From the NCBI GenBank assembly GCA_013115145.1, contig JAAPAO010000014.1, positions 62,001-126,000 of the forward strand: a stretch of DNA of 64,000 nucleotides. Direction: 5' to 3'. The translations under genes were made by a program, and so were the position numbers. This DNA is from Perkinsus chesapeaki ATCC PRA-425 (lineage: Eukaryota; Protista; Perkinsozoa). The notes under the pieces were generated by a model. The model was not told the origin of the DNA. It searched no databases and saw only the letters and a list, made by a program, of their open reading frames with translations. Numbering within the stretch: position 1 is the stretch's first letter; each line of letters opens with the position of its first letter. Positions 13,031 to 24,932 of the stretch are shown here, piece by piece.

Positions 13031-14982
13031 TCACGGCGTAGCAACTAGACTGATCTCCTCCTCGATTTGAACCATTCGCTGCTCATACTCCTGTGATGAT
13101 AATATCCTGACAAAGTGAAATCCAGCGAAGAGGTACTGAGCCTCGACTGACTCCTCCGCGTCAAGATGTGGAATGTCTTTAAATGTCGGCATTATCAAGG
13201 GCCAATTGCTCGAAATTGCTTTCTCGACCCAAGGGCGGACCATTTCTGCGGGGTCCTTCCCCACCGACCGCCTCTGAGAGAAAAGTTGTCGAGCTACTCG
13301 CTCGGTGCTTACCAAAAAAGGAGTGTCAGTGAGTATGCGTCGGAGGGTAGCTCGAAATATCTTCCTCCAATGCGTTAAAGTTTCTTCATCATGTGCTGTG
13401 CACCGGAAAGAAGCGACAACAGCCCATCGGTGGGGCGCCAAAGCCCGCTTCCTGGCCTCCTCATACGGGCGGCCTGCAGTACAGCAGGTTAAAAGGGGGC
13501 TGGCTTTCATTGGCAGCTGTACCCTGTCCAAGGAACATGAGTGCATCATCATTCGCCCTCATCGGGAGTGTTAGCTGACACGCGTGACGTAGCTGTCGCC
13601 ACCTCTTTGTTCGTCTTTGCCTCATCTTTTGTAGCAGCTCTTGGACGAAGCTGGCCTCGAAGCTGGTCTTGAGACCTTCATAGTTGTAAAGGACCCTTCC
13701 AAAGGCTCCTCTATCTGGTTCGAATGATATACTGAGTTTCTTGATCACCCTTCGTCGTTCAGCGCCAAACGCAAGTTGAGAACGGCTAGTAGCTCTCCGG
13801 TACCACCATTGGAGTTGTCTCACGCAGAGCAGATAGCGCATCATACGCTGGGTGATGAAAGATAGCCTAGCGGACTCGACCAAGAAGGCTGCAACTATGC
13901 CCGACGCACGTGCTTGCATGCGGTGACGAATTCGCGATAAGTACCGCTTCAAGTATATTGCCAGACATAACTTGCTTGTTGGTGAAATGCGCTTCAAGGC
14001 AAAATAGATTCGCCAACGTCTGACGTATCGTTGCGTTCTGACTACTGCCAAGACGCAGAGCCATCGAGTTCTGCACCACATGACCCGCCTGACGAGAAGT
14101 CCAAGGGACGTGACGGCCGATAAGACAGCAAACCAGTGACCCTGGCGCTCTAGCAGTTCCTCGGCCGCGGCCTCAGCTTGAAGCTTGGCACTCTTAAGCC
14201 TGATGCGCTCTTCGCGGCCAAGGCGACTTCGTTCCCGGACCTCTGCCGCGGAAAGCACGGGGACGGTGCTCGGCGTGGTGTTGTGGGAGGGGCTTCCCTT
14301 GCTCAACCTGAGCCTCGGTGAGGCCGACCGGCTCAGACGGCCATCGGGTCCAGTCCACCTGCACACTGCAAGATCTTCAGAGGAATACAACGCGCTACCT
14401 TGGAGTGACAGGAAAAGTGATCCCCTTGCCAAAGTGACGTTCGCGTCCAATGTTTACGAACTCCATAAGGGGTTCAGGAAGTGGTATGCCTTACAAAGGC
14501 TCTCGGTTGCAAGGGTTCCAGCGGTTACCTCGTGGCGATTGATCTCGATTGAAACGAATACCGCGACCTTCGGCTGACATGGGCCTCTTCGCCGCTGCAG
14601 GCTCGCGCGTGAGCTCCTCAATGACATCATTGCCGCTCGCAACATCCCTCTTACCTGTAGAGACATACAGTATATCGACTACTCGGTTTTTGTTGCAGGC
14701 ATGACTCTCTCGTATACTCCTGGTCATAAAAGCGCTCTTCGGCCTGCGCTGCACTAAATGGTACACTGGAGAGTACGTTGCTGGGCTAGGCTTCACTGAT
14801 GGTCTTCGTAACCTCTCGTCACGCCCGGTCTGCCGTCCGAAGCTGAGCGATATCGTCCGCTTTGTAGTAGCCGACAAGAGAGCTGGAGTTCTCTCTCGCC
14901 ACCGTGATCGGAGGCCCTGTCGCTGTGATCGTGTGGTAGAGTTATCACCATGCGCTGGCCAGGTGGGTGCCGTCTTGGCCAT
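13031..14982 (-). CDS. Hypothetical protein with basic, IQ-like helical region (may be the 3' part of the RCC1 gene)
   Basis: Long minus ORFs (329 and 173 aa) with IQ-like segments LAVVRTQRYVRRWR and CVRQLQWWYRR, plus a coiled segment ERSRLGREERIRLKSAKLQAEAAAEELL. Confidence 0.45.
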
Positions 14983-15239
14983 CTAACAATCCCTCTCGTA
15001 CGGCACCGTATCATTCGCAGTACCGGGTTTTCGGAGTTGGCAATGGTTGGCCAAGAACCAACACCTGCTGTAGTTGCTGGTCTTGGGAATGCCCGCCTTG
15101 TGGTATCGGGGACCGCCCGGGACGAGGTCTTGTGTGGTCGGCTCCGCCGCTGCCCACGTTCGTTCGGCGGACCAACGGTCCGGCTGCCCCACTGAATTAT
15201 AATATACCCCACTTCACAGCGAAGTGGATTCACCTTCTC

Positions 15240-17036
15240 TTCACTGAATATTGTCCCCCGATGAGCACCAGGATGCTCGTATGCTAGAACAACTGTAAGG
15301 CTATCTCCTGCATACACTTTCAGTGCCCGATACTCTCGGGCATCCAAGTCCGGTACCTTCCAATAAATGAATGCTTTTGAAGGTATGTCGTGCTACTGGT
15401 ATTGGTTTGTTTATATCTTCTCTACTGCTAGTTCCCAGGATCCCAGCGACTGCATCGTTAGAGCCACATGCGAGGACTTCTCCATCGTCGGTTACGAACG
15501 TCTGTCGTCGAAAATGTCAGCGCAAACGGAGCTCGTTTATCGATTACCGAAAACGCTCGCCCACACGCTACGTCGATTACGGTCGACGAGTCGGGTAAAG
15601 CAACTTCCATGGGGCTATGCTTGTGATTGTTGTCTGTAAAGTAATCGCTCTGACGACCCAAGGCGTACCGTGAGAAGTGCTCACGAAAGCACATGGCCAT
15701 CGCTCAAATCCGAGCTGATTGTCCTTACTCGTCTCTTCCTCGCCTCGACCGAGAAATGAAAGACTTCGCGTTTGAGAGTATGCTGCAGCGGCCCATGACA
15801 GTACTCTAAGGGTAATCCTCACATCAGCACGCGTGCGCACAGCGGAATAGTTACTTAACCCGGGAGCTATCACATTCTACCGCACACAAGGAGAAGTATT
15901 CCCCTTGCTTATACTGTGTAATGCAAACACCGTCCTCCCCCAGGACATCCAGCTCGCGTGCCTGTCGAATTGGCAGTGCTAATTACAATTATTTCTTCTC
16001 TTTGTACAAGCTACTTCGTGTCCGTCGCCCCATTCGTAGAGGTTATCCCCGGGAGTGAAGACGCAGCCGCTCCTGTTCCCTGCAGCTGATATGAATGTTA
16101 TTTTTCGGGCACTACCGAGGGGAACGATCTGATGTAATCAGCGCGATACATGGTTGCGTCCTGGAGCTTTTACTCGAGTAACTTGGTTATGCCCTTTAAC
16201 GTCAGCGGCCGTAGGGCTTAGTTGTCCTTGCTGGTTCGAGCCGCATGAGAATAGCTCGCCAGTATTGGTTAGGAAGAGAGCGTGTTCAAGGCCAAATGCC
16301 ACACACCGCACTTGACGGGACATCCACGCTAGCCATGGCTTAGGCCTCGGGAGGAGCCCACCGAGGTTCAACACCATCATGCTTCTAATGGGCCACGAGG
16401 GTTACGCTGCATAGCAGGGCATTATGCTTACTCGTGTTTGCTGGAGTGACTGGATAATGGTGTGGACAAGGCCCACACTCCGTCGGGCCCCGAGATTATC
16501 CTTGGTTGTGGGGGAGCCTCCTGAAGTACCCGTTCGAGCAGTCTAAGAGACTGCGTTATTTACACTTGTCTCGTCGTCATCTTCCGGTGGGCATATCAAT
16601 GACTCTATATCAACTCTAGATTGTCCAGCTTCATTAAGTAGTGCGTCTAGATCGTTATATGCCGCGTCACCATCGCTAACGAGTAGCTAACACCAGTGTA
16701 TCATCTCGGGGTAGCTGAGTCACGGTCCAACCTCGGTCCAGTGGATCTCTACAGGCTGACCCTCTGCGAATTGGTGTTCTATCGGGTACCATTCGAACAG
16801 TCTAAAGTGCTTTGCTCGGATTGTCTTTGTCTGTTTTCCCCTACCTCTCATCCATGGTCACAATGGTGACCTTATCTCCAGTTACCGATGCGTCTGCAAC
16901 ACCATCGACAGGGACCCGACAACGAAGCGATCTAAAGCGGCAAATTGAGGGAATATGAGCAAACGGGTAGCTACTTTTGGTCCTGAGAAGGCCTGTGGGC
17001 GAAGCAGTAGGCCGATAACCTTGTATCAACTGTCAT
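15240..17036 (-). CDS. RCC1/BLIP-II repeat protein
   Basis: RCC1-type blades VRCVAFGLEHALFLTNTGELFSCGSNQQGQL, LGRQ...PMEVALPDSSTVIDVACGRAFS and KVPDLDAREYRALKVYAGDSLTVVLA. Probable ATG at 17036 (MTVDTRLSAY). Confidence 0.75.
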
Positions 17037-17108
17037 TGACGCATACACAACGCTTAGGCACGAATAGCTGGGAGAGCAGAGGCGCAGGTTCGAACCCCGG
17101 GAGCGGCA
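17037..17108 (+). pseudogene. Decayed tRNA-like relic (His-like 3' end) with intact B-box and T5 terminator
   Basis: GGTTCGAACCCCGGGAGCGGCA (17087-17108) is followed by TTTTT. Upstream TAGCTGGGAGAGC resembles a D-arm/A-box remnant, but the acceptor 5' strand (expected GCCGCTC) and the matching T-stem are absent. Confidence 0.5.
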
Positions 17109-17113
17109 TTTTT

Positions 17114-19642
17114 ATGTCAACAACGCGATATTGCAAAATTGTGATCGCATCCGATCCTTGCGTATCAAACCGCAGTTCATTCCCTACAATGCAACCATCC
17201 CGTCGCATATATGCCAATGGACTAACTCGTCAAGTTCGCCGGCACAATGATCTCCAGAGTCGTCTCATTACCGCCGATAAAGAAGGTAAATAGCTATTCC
17301 CAAGGATGGTGGTCCAATGATTCTCAGAATTCGAAGAGGCTTGTCAAGAGCTCCTTTCATCGACCAACGCCTGCCCATCAGAGCTGCTGTGTGCTGCCGG
17401 CCGGGCCGTGGCCTCGACCAAGCTCACAGTGTCCCCGAGGACCAAGGAGGCTTTGTGTACCGCAGCTGGACGATTATTGGAGATCAGTACTAATTTAACA
17501 GCAAGTGATGTAGTAGGGACACTCGCATCACTGGCATCTGCCGGACGGGCCTCCGGGGTGGCTGCACGCCATCTGATTGATGGTCTCAAGGGACATCTAC
17601 CCTCCATGGTCCCGAATATGAGCCCTCAAGAGCAACTCAAGGCCATTGCCGCCTTACAGAAGCTCAAGGAGCCCTTCAGCCCCACAGTCCAGCTGTTGCT
17701 CGACAACCTAGCCTCCAAAGCCGGGTTAGATACTCTCAGTGACTTTGCCTTGGCCTCTCTGTCCAGGACGGTTGCTACTTCGGGCTGGAAGGCAACTGGG
17801 TTCCCTGAATCGCTGGCGGCCTCGTGGAAGCGTCGAGTCCTGACCCATCGTGAGGTCAAAGCAAACGTGCACACCGCAGTGATATTCGCCCTTGGCAAAA
17901 TAGCGGATAAGGGTGTCGTTAGGGATGCGCTGAGAACCTCCAACAGCTCTCTCGACTTTACCAATTTCACCTTCACGGAGCTGTCGCAGATCTTATGGGT
18001 TTATGCCAATAATGGCGACGTACACCCCGCAGAGTGCCTTTGGAAATGCCTTCTTTCAACGGTCTCAGTGGACGGTATGATTGCCTGTGGTAGGCAGACC
18101 ATCGGTTATGCCTTCTGGGCCGCTGGAGTGATGTCCCAGAAGTACCAGGGGGCCGAGAGCATCTTGCCACTGCATCTCATCGAGGTCATGGCTGACAGCG
18201 TCGTACTAGGTAGCGTCAACGGTTTCCAGCCCTCCAGTGTGAGCTATATGGTTTGGGCAGCGGCCCTAGCCGGTGAGGAAGAGCGGGTCAAAAGCTTCTG
18301 TTGTCATATCCTTGGGGATAACTCGACACCCGAGGCCGTCGGAAGGTTCAAATCTCTAGAGCTAGCGAACGTCTTCTCGACTATTCGCGCTTTGGGCCTG
18401 GAAAGTGCCGTCCCAGACTTCGCAGCATCTGCCCGACAGTACTTCCTGGAAGCTGCTGAAACTGCTGCTGGTACCGCGGCCAATGGAAGGGCATTCACCC
18501 AAGTAACATGGGCCATGGTACCTGACGGTGGCCCGGAGATAGAGGCATTTATGAAGTGGTTTGTGGCCAACTCGGCGGGAGTCAGCGTGAGGTCTCTGGT
18601 CAGGATGCTATGGGCTGTCTCGAAATGTGATGGGCTGGCGGAGACCACAGCGGGTCGGTCGGCCATGGTTGTTTCCTTGGTCCAAGCCGCTGGGGAGAGG
18701 TTTATGGGCGAGAAGGGAGACAGACTGGTGCAGCAGGATGTTGGTTTGATGGCATGGTCGTTGGGTACTTTAAGATTGTCCCATTATGACTTGGAAGATA
18801 AATGTTGTTTATTTGGTATAGATATGTTATTTAATAATATAATAGATAGTCGACATTTATCAATGTTACTTTGGGGTATAACATCTAATTCACATACATC
18901 ACCAAAGGCACTACAACTTATCAAACATGTTGTATCAGCCGTTAACGCCGGCAGCATCACCTTCGACCCTGTCGACGTGGCGATGGTCCTCTGGGCTATG
19001 GCCGCCCTGGACGTCTATGATGAGTCTGCCTTCCGAACCCTCCTGTCGGTGTTGTCTGCCGGCATTGACCAGCTTCCCTCGACTGAGAGACGGTCTAGCC
19101 TGAGCAAAGCCCACCGGGCCTATCTATGGGCTGCCTCATCGCATGGATTTGTATTTTCCTCCGAAGAGGTCGTTGGCATCGCTGAGGCTTTGGAAGAGTC
19201 CCAGCGATCTAGCGGTGCAGTCTGTGCCAACGGTGCCTTCCAAACGGAGGTCTGCCAGGCCCTAGCGAGAGTGCTTCGGCGATCAGTGCTACCTGACGCC
19301 GAGATTTTATCTGAGGTCGACCTTGCTCCTGCCCTACCTGGTTTGGTGGTTGATGCTGCCATAGTCGATCCTAAGACAGGCTCGAGGGTCCTTCTCATCG
19401 AGGTGGATGGTCCCCATCACTACGTAGACGTCCTAGGCTCCACAGGGATAACAGCTCGGCAGTATAACGGTCAGAGCCGGCTAAAGCAGGACCTTATTCG
19501 CCGTGCAGGGCATAAACTCCTTTGCGTTGAAGATGCCAAGTGGCGCATCCTGAAGGATCCAGCCGCCCGGCACGAGTACCTGTCCCATGAGGTGGCCATG
19601 GCCCTCGGTTTGGGCTCAACTAAACAATTGTGTCCGACATGA
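17114..19642 (+). CDS. Helical-repeat (OPR/HPR-like) RAP-domain protein 1
   Basis: Short first exon (ATG 17114 or 17189, R-rich MQPSRRIYANGLTRQVRRH), 42-nt intron 17286-17327, then one ~2.3-kb exon. Repeats such as FTELSQILWVYA and FQPSSVSYMVWAAA; C-terminal RAP motif VVDAAIV...LLIEVDGPHHY...GQSRLKQDLIRRAG...W. Confidence 0.88.
18731..18929 (+). repeat. 199-bp AT-rich in-frame segment, copy A (shared with 21431-21629)
   Basis: Direct comparison shows 4 mismatches in 199 bp against the copy 2700 bp downstream. GC is 31/120 (26%) over 18781-18900 versus 58% and 63% in flanking 60-mers. Confidence 0.95.
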
Positions 19643-19704
19643 GTTTCCGATTCTCCTTTGCCTTCTGTTGCCTGCTCGTCAATAAGGCTCTCTGCTTCAG
19701 CTTC

Positions 19705-22315
19705 ATGTATGTCACCCGGCAGCTCAGATCGGCGCTATCGACTAAGGATGCTGGCCGCCAAGTGAAGGAGCTGCGCAAGCTTCTGGACTCCCGGGATCGA
19801 GGTCAGTTACCAGCTCTTGTGCCTAGTCTTGCTGCTTTAATAAATCGGGCTCATCTACCTCCCCGATGGAGGGAGGCTCCAGATTCCATTAGCTCCTTGG
19901 TATCTTCGAAAGTTTGCGGGTCGTCCAGCTAGGCGCTGTTGTGGGAATAACTGAGGATGGCTTAGATATTCCAACACTCCCCTCTTAGGAACCTCCACAG
20001 CGGCCTGTAAGAGGGTAGCCGACATTCTCACCAACGCCTCCGATTCTCCCATTCGTCTGGAGTTCACACTATTGGCCGCTGCCCTCGGCAAATGCTCGCA
20101 GATGCCAAGCGGTCCCCAGCAGCAGCATCGGATGCTTACGGCTATCAGCGAGGCTATGATCCAGCGCCTGGAGGAAGACAAGTCCCATGGTCTCTCCCCC
20201 AAGAGGCTCGCTGAGACCCTCAGAGTAATCGCCGTCATTGGCAGGTCAGCTCCCGAGGCTGTGGTCAAGCTTCGCGGCATGTTGCGGCCCCAGCTGCTGC
20301 CTGCTATCCCAGACATGGCCGCACTCCAACTCCGACACGTTGCGTGGGCCATTAACAGACTGTCGTTGCCGTGGCGCGATGAGGTCCGCTTAGCCGTCTC
20401 CACCCTACTAGACCGCATTGGCGTATCATCTGTCGGCTCCGAGGAGCTGGCCACCTTTGTCTGGGCTGCGAGTCGGATGGGGTGCTGCACCCCTCAGTTG
20501 GCTGCCACAGTAGCCCTTGATTGGACCGGTCGAATTAATAGCCCAGGTGTCACCCCAGAGGCCCATGCCATGGTCCTGTCCTCGCTGGGGGCTACGGCCA
20601 AGACCCGAGACGATGTCCTGCTGCTTTTCGACACTTGCTCGGCCCAACTAGACTTATCCTCCCTCAACACAAGCAGCCTAGCGTCCCTCCTATGGGCCTT
20701 CGGTCATGTCACCAATGCCCCTCTAAACGCTCGTGTCTGGAAGACCTGCTTGGCTACCTTCACTGAGGCCACCGTACGAGATTGTCCGCTATCCAGCCTC
20801 GGCAATGCCTGCTGGGCAGCCGGCACCATTTTCCAATGCACAAGCTCGGATCTGCCGCTGGTCTTCATCCGTCACATCTGCGGTCTGATCGCATCCAGCG
20901 ATCTGGGGCCGTTCCCCTCCTCGGCTATCTCGAGCATCGTTTGGGCTGCAAGCCTCGCTAATGACGGCGGCCCTTGGGTCGAGGGTGTCTTCCGTCACCT
21001 CTTGGGCAACGGTACCTTCCCACTAGAAAAGGTGCATCTCTCATCACAGTGGAAGCCCCTCGAGCTGGCCACGGTCCTCGCCTCTATAGCCGACGCCAGC
21101 CTCGATCAAGCACTCTCAGGCTTCATCGACTTGGCAAGAGCATCCGTAGTCGAGACCGTCAATTCCTGGCCGTCGACCTCCCAGAACGCTCTCGCAGTCT
21201 CGCAGCTTTCTAGGGCTCTGTGGTCCTCTGGTGAAGTGGCCATCCTTCCCATGGTCGAATGGGCCCTGGCCAATGGTCACGTGCTGACGCCTCAGAGCGA
21301 AAGCAGGATACTGTGGGCTGCTGCCAAGATGTTTGAAGCCTCTGCTCTCCGGGAGCAGCCGGCCTGCGTAGTGGCCTTCATCGAGAGACTGTACCAACGA
21401 TGCTGCGAGCGGCAGGCGCAGGAGTACTCCCAGCAAGATGTGGGTTTGATGGCATGGTCGTTGGGTACTTTAAGATTGGCCCATTATGACTTGGAAGATA
21501 AATGTTGTTTATTTGGTATAAATATGTTATTTAATAATATAATAGATAGTCGACATTTATCAATGTTACTTTGGGGTATAACATCTAATTCACATACATC
21601 ACCAAAGGCACTACAACTTATCAAACATGCTGTCCATCGAATCGAAGATGGTACCTTCCGACCGCTGCCCGCTGATGTCAGCCTTATTATTTGGTCACTC
21701 GCCGTCGCCGACCACTACAGCGACAGGGCCCTCCGACAGCTGCTGTGGGCTCTGTTCACCGATGGCGCGGTCATTAGCCCCGCAGCCCCACACACTGAGC
21801 GAGGGGCCTCTCTCATTAGACTTCATCGAGCCCTCTTGTGGGCCAGGGTCTGCCATGGCTTCGTACCAAATAACGAAGAGGAGGCCAAGCTTATGGCCAT
21901 AGCCAAGGCCCAGAGGGTTCCTGGTGGTGGGATACTCAACAGCAGCACTTTGCAGCTGGAGATACGAACCCAGCTGCAGAACATCATCTCGACTGAGACG
22001 CCGACCGCTAGTCTTCGGGATGAGTACGAGCTGCCATGTCCCTTGGAAGGCATCTTCGTCGACCTCGCCGTGATCGCTCCAGATGGCCGAGTGGAGCTTG
22101 TCGTGGAGGTCGACGGCTACTCGCATTTCTCGCAGGTGATCGGTTCGGGAACGCTGCCATCTCTGCAGTACAACGGTGCCACCGAGCTCAGCCGGCGGAT
22201 ACTGCGAAAGGCAGGGTACAGGGTCCTCAGCATCAACACTGTTGACTGGAATAACACACAACGACATGAGAGAGGGCAGTTCTTGACAAGACTCTTCCGA
22301 GAGGCAATGTCATAG
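19705..22315 (+). CDS. Helical-repeat (OPR/HPR-like) RAP-domain protein 2
   Basis: First exon from ATG 19705 (or 19639, overlapping the RAP1 stop), probable intron 19920-19965, then one long exon. Repeats LNTSSLASLLWAFG, CPLSSLGNACWAAG; RAP motif FVDLAVI...VVEVDGYSHF...GATELSRRILRKAG...DW. Confidence 0.88.
21431..21629 (+). repeat. 199-bp AT-rich in-frame segment, copy B
   Basis: 98% identical to 18731-18929; encodes QQDVGLMAWSLGTLRLAHYDLEDKCCLFGINMLFNNIIDSRHLSMLLWGITSNSHTSPKALQLIKH. Confidence 0.95.
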
Positions 22316-22394
22316 TGTTTCCGCAACCTTCAAGTTTCGCAGCTCTCTAGCTCTGAGTTGTCCTACTACCTCGCCAGGTTGGCAGTTCCACTTG

Positions 22395-24872
22395 ATGGCT
22401 TCGACCACCACAGCTGCCCTCTGGCAGCATGCACGGACATGTACCACGACAGTGGCGACTGGGCATGGGTTTGCTGCCATCTCGGACCCGTTCAAACTGC
22501 GCAAGATACTGCTGGATGCTAGCAGGCAGAAGAGGAAAAGCGGTACGTCTCCACGGCCTGGGCATCTCATTGGTTCCCTTTCAGATATATTAGCAGTCTG
22601 CCGTCGGGCTCTGGTTCTCAGTGCCACAAGTGCGAATTCACCCTCCGTGAAGTTGCAATTGTTGACCACCTCACTTCACCGATTGGTCAAGCATTTTTAT
22701 AACTCTCATGCGGAGCTTGTTGATTCCCATTGCGAGGAACTCTCGAAATCGCTGGAGCCCTCGGAGATTGCCATCAACGACATCGCTGATGTGCTGTGGT
22801 CCATCGGTATGGCCGGCGCGGCCTCTCCGTCACGCGCCGCCCTCTTGAGCATGATGAAGCCCTCGGTACTCGGCCTCCTCGCTGGGGCCTCTCCAAGTCA
22901 GCTCAGCAACGTAGTTTGTGCCATTGCTAAACTTGACCTCGACTGGTCTGAGGAAATTACCGAATCTATGGCACAGTGTCGTGACCGACTTGGTATTGAA
23001 ACCACAGCTGCTGGAGTCATCTCTAACATTTGCTGGGCAGCTGCTCGTACTGGCTGTCGTGATGATGCCTTCCTCAATGACGTGGCGGCGACTTGGCTCT
23101 CCCGCGACGCGAAATCTGTCCCGCCATCGGCGACAGCAATGGTCTTCTGGTCCCTCGGTAAGCTCGCGCCCGAAGCTTCCTACGTAGCCGACCTCTTTTC
23201 TAGAGCTCGCTCCCATGAGGGCCTGTTTTCCGGTTTCGGTCTTCGGGAATGCACATCAGCCCTCTGTGGGTATGCTTACTCCGGGAAGGTTATCCCCAGT
23301 GTTGAGCTCTTCAAGTTGGCGTTCGGGTCACTTGAAGCGGCGAGCCAGGGGCATGTCTCCACTCAGACCATCGCCAACTGTTGCTGGGCATCGGCGACGC
23401 TAGTGAAGCACCACGGGGATCAGATGATGGCACCTGCCAGCTGTCTCACCCGAGCATTAACGGAAACCATCTCTAACGCGCGAATAAGGTCCTTTAATCC
23501 ACAGGAAGCATCCAATGTCTTGTGGGCCTCAGCGCAGCTGCTCGATGCCAATCATGTGGCTTCAGTGGCAAGTGCCCTATTGCCAGCCAACCAGCAGCAC
23601 CTCGCAAGCTACACCCCCCAGGACATAGCTGTGTGTCTAGCTGCATTGACCCAGGCTGGAGTTAGAGGGGCATTCGAGACCTTCTTCGTGTTGCCAGCGA
23701 TGCAGAAGGTTCATCAGACTATTCACACTTGGCCCTCGGACAGCACTCACGTTCATGCCGTGGGGCAGCTGGCTTGGTCCATGGCCGGGCGGCAATTCCA
23801 AGCGATATCTCCACTCCTACAGTGGGCCTCGTCGAAGGCTATAAGCTCAGAAACTTTTGTGAAGCTCCTCTGGGCCACCGCTTCGACCCCAGAGGCCCAG
23901 AGGGGCTCCTTGGTTACCCCTCCAGAGCTCCTGGACCTTCTCGACAAGAGGCCTGAAGGCACCCTCAACCAACAAGAGCTGGCATTGACTCTGTGGTCCC
24001 TTGCAACCCTACGACTGTCACACCAACAGCTAGAAGAGCAGTGCGCTATTGAAGCCAGAGAAATCCTTAGCAGTAGCGGCTCATCCTCAATCACCAGTGG
24101 GCACTTGTCAATGGTCATGTGGGGACTGGCCTCCAATTCACATCGCTCTGCAGCAGCAAAAGAACTCATCCAGGAGATTGTCGAGCAAGTCGGTTCAAGG
24201 CGGTACCGGTTTACAGCGGCCGACTCGCACCATGTCGCTTGGTCCCTAGCAGCGTCTGGCGTTTTCGACCCCGCAATCCTGGAATTGCTTCTGTCCGCGG
24301 CGGCCACGGTTGATATTGACAACACTGCCCTCCAAAAGGTGAACCAGCTCGCACTGTGGGCTTCATCACACGGTTTTCGGCCTTCCCCAATGGTGGCTCA
24401 TCTCTTAGCACGAGCATCTGTGGCAGCTAACATGGAGGCAACGGTTGCCGACAGTATATTCCAAAAGCAGATCGCTGCATGTCTGAATGCGGCTGTCGGC
24501 AGCATCAACACCTACAGAGTTTCCCCGGAACTCGATCTCACTTCTTTCGGTTGCCCCGGAGTCATAGTCGACCTGGCAGTTCTACGTCCCAGTGGCGCTC
24601 CTCAAGGCGAAGTGGCATTGATAGTTGAAGCCGATGGTCCTTCGCATTACATTAACGTGGTGGCTGACAAGGCCGTCCAAGGGCAAGTTCTAGATGGCAA
24701 AACCATGATGAGACGAGCCGCTCTGAAACGGCTCGGCTTTGCCGTACAGGATATTAATATATCTCAGTGGAAGAGTCTGAGTCGGAGCGATAGGCAAGAG
24801 CTTGTCGATTGCATGGTCAAAGAGCAGTTGGATTACGGAGGAAAGCCTCCTGAATTAAGTGGCTGTTTCTGA
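22395..24872 (+). CDS. Helical-repeat (OPR/HPR-like) RAP-domain protein 3
   Basis: Single ~825-aa ORF. Repeats ASPSQLSNVVCAIAKL, FNPQEASNVLWASAQL, YTPQDIAVCLAAL; RAP motif IVDLAVL...IVEADGPSHY...DGKTMMRRAALKRLG...QW. Confidence 0.88.
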   Translation: MASTTTAALWQHARTCTTTVATGHGFAAISDPFKLRKILLDASRQKRKSGTSPRPGHLIGSLSDILAVCRRALVLSATSANSPSVKLQLLTTSLHRLVKHFYNSHAELVDSHCEELSKSLEPSEIAINDIADVLWSIGMAGAASPSRAALLSMMKPSVLGLLAGASPSQLSNVVCAIAKLDLDWSEEITESMAQCRDRLGIETTAAGVISNICWAAARTGCRDDAFLNDVAATWLSRDAKSVPPSATAMVFWSLGKLAPEASYVADLFSRARSHEGLFSGFGLRECTSALCGYAYSGKVIPSVELFKLAFGSLEAASQGHVSTQTIANCCWASATLVKHHGDQMMAPASCLTRALTETISNARIRSFNPQEASNVLWASAQLLDANHVASVASALLPANQQHLASYTPQDIAVCLAALTQAGVRGAFETFFVLPAMQKVHQTIHTWPSDSTHVHAVGQLAWSMAGRQFQAISPLLQWASSKAISSETFVKLLWATASTPEAQRGSLVTPPELLDLLDKRPEGTLNQQELALTLWSLATLRLSHQQLEEQCAIEAREILSSSGSSSITSGHLSMVMWGLASNSHRSAAAKELIQEIVEQVGSRRYRFTAADSHHVAWSLAASGVFDPAILELLLSAAATVDIDNTALQKVNQLALWASSHGFRPSPMVAHLLARASVAANMEATVADSIFQKQIAACLNAAVGSINTYRVSPELDLTSFGCPGVIVDLAVLRPSGAPQGEVALIVEADGPSHYINVVADKAVQGQVLDGKTMMRRAALKRLGFAVQDINISQWKSLSRSDRQELVDCMVKEQLDYGGKPPELSGCF

Positions 24873-24932
24873 GCTTCTTGTTTCACACAGTGACTGTATC
24901 TTTTCGTGTTTACCACTGCGGCGTATTATAAC

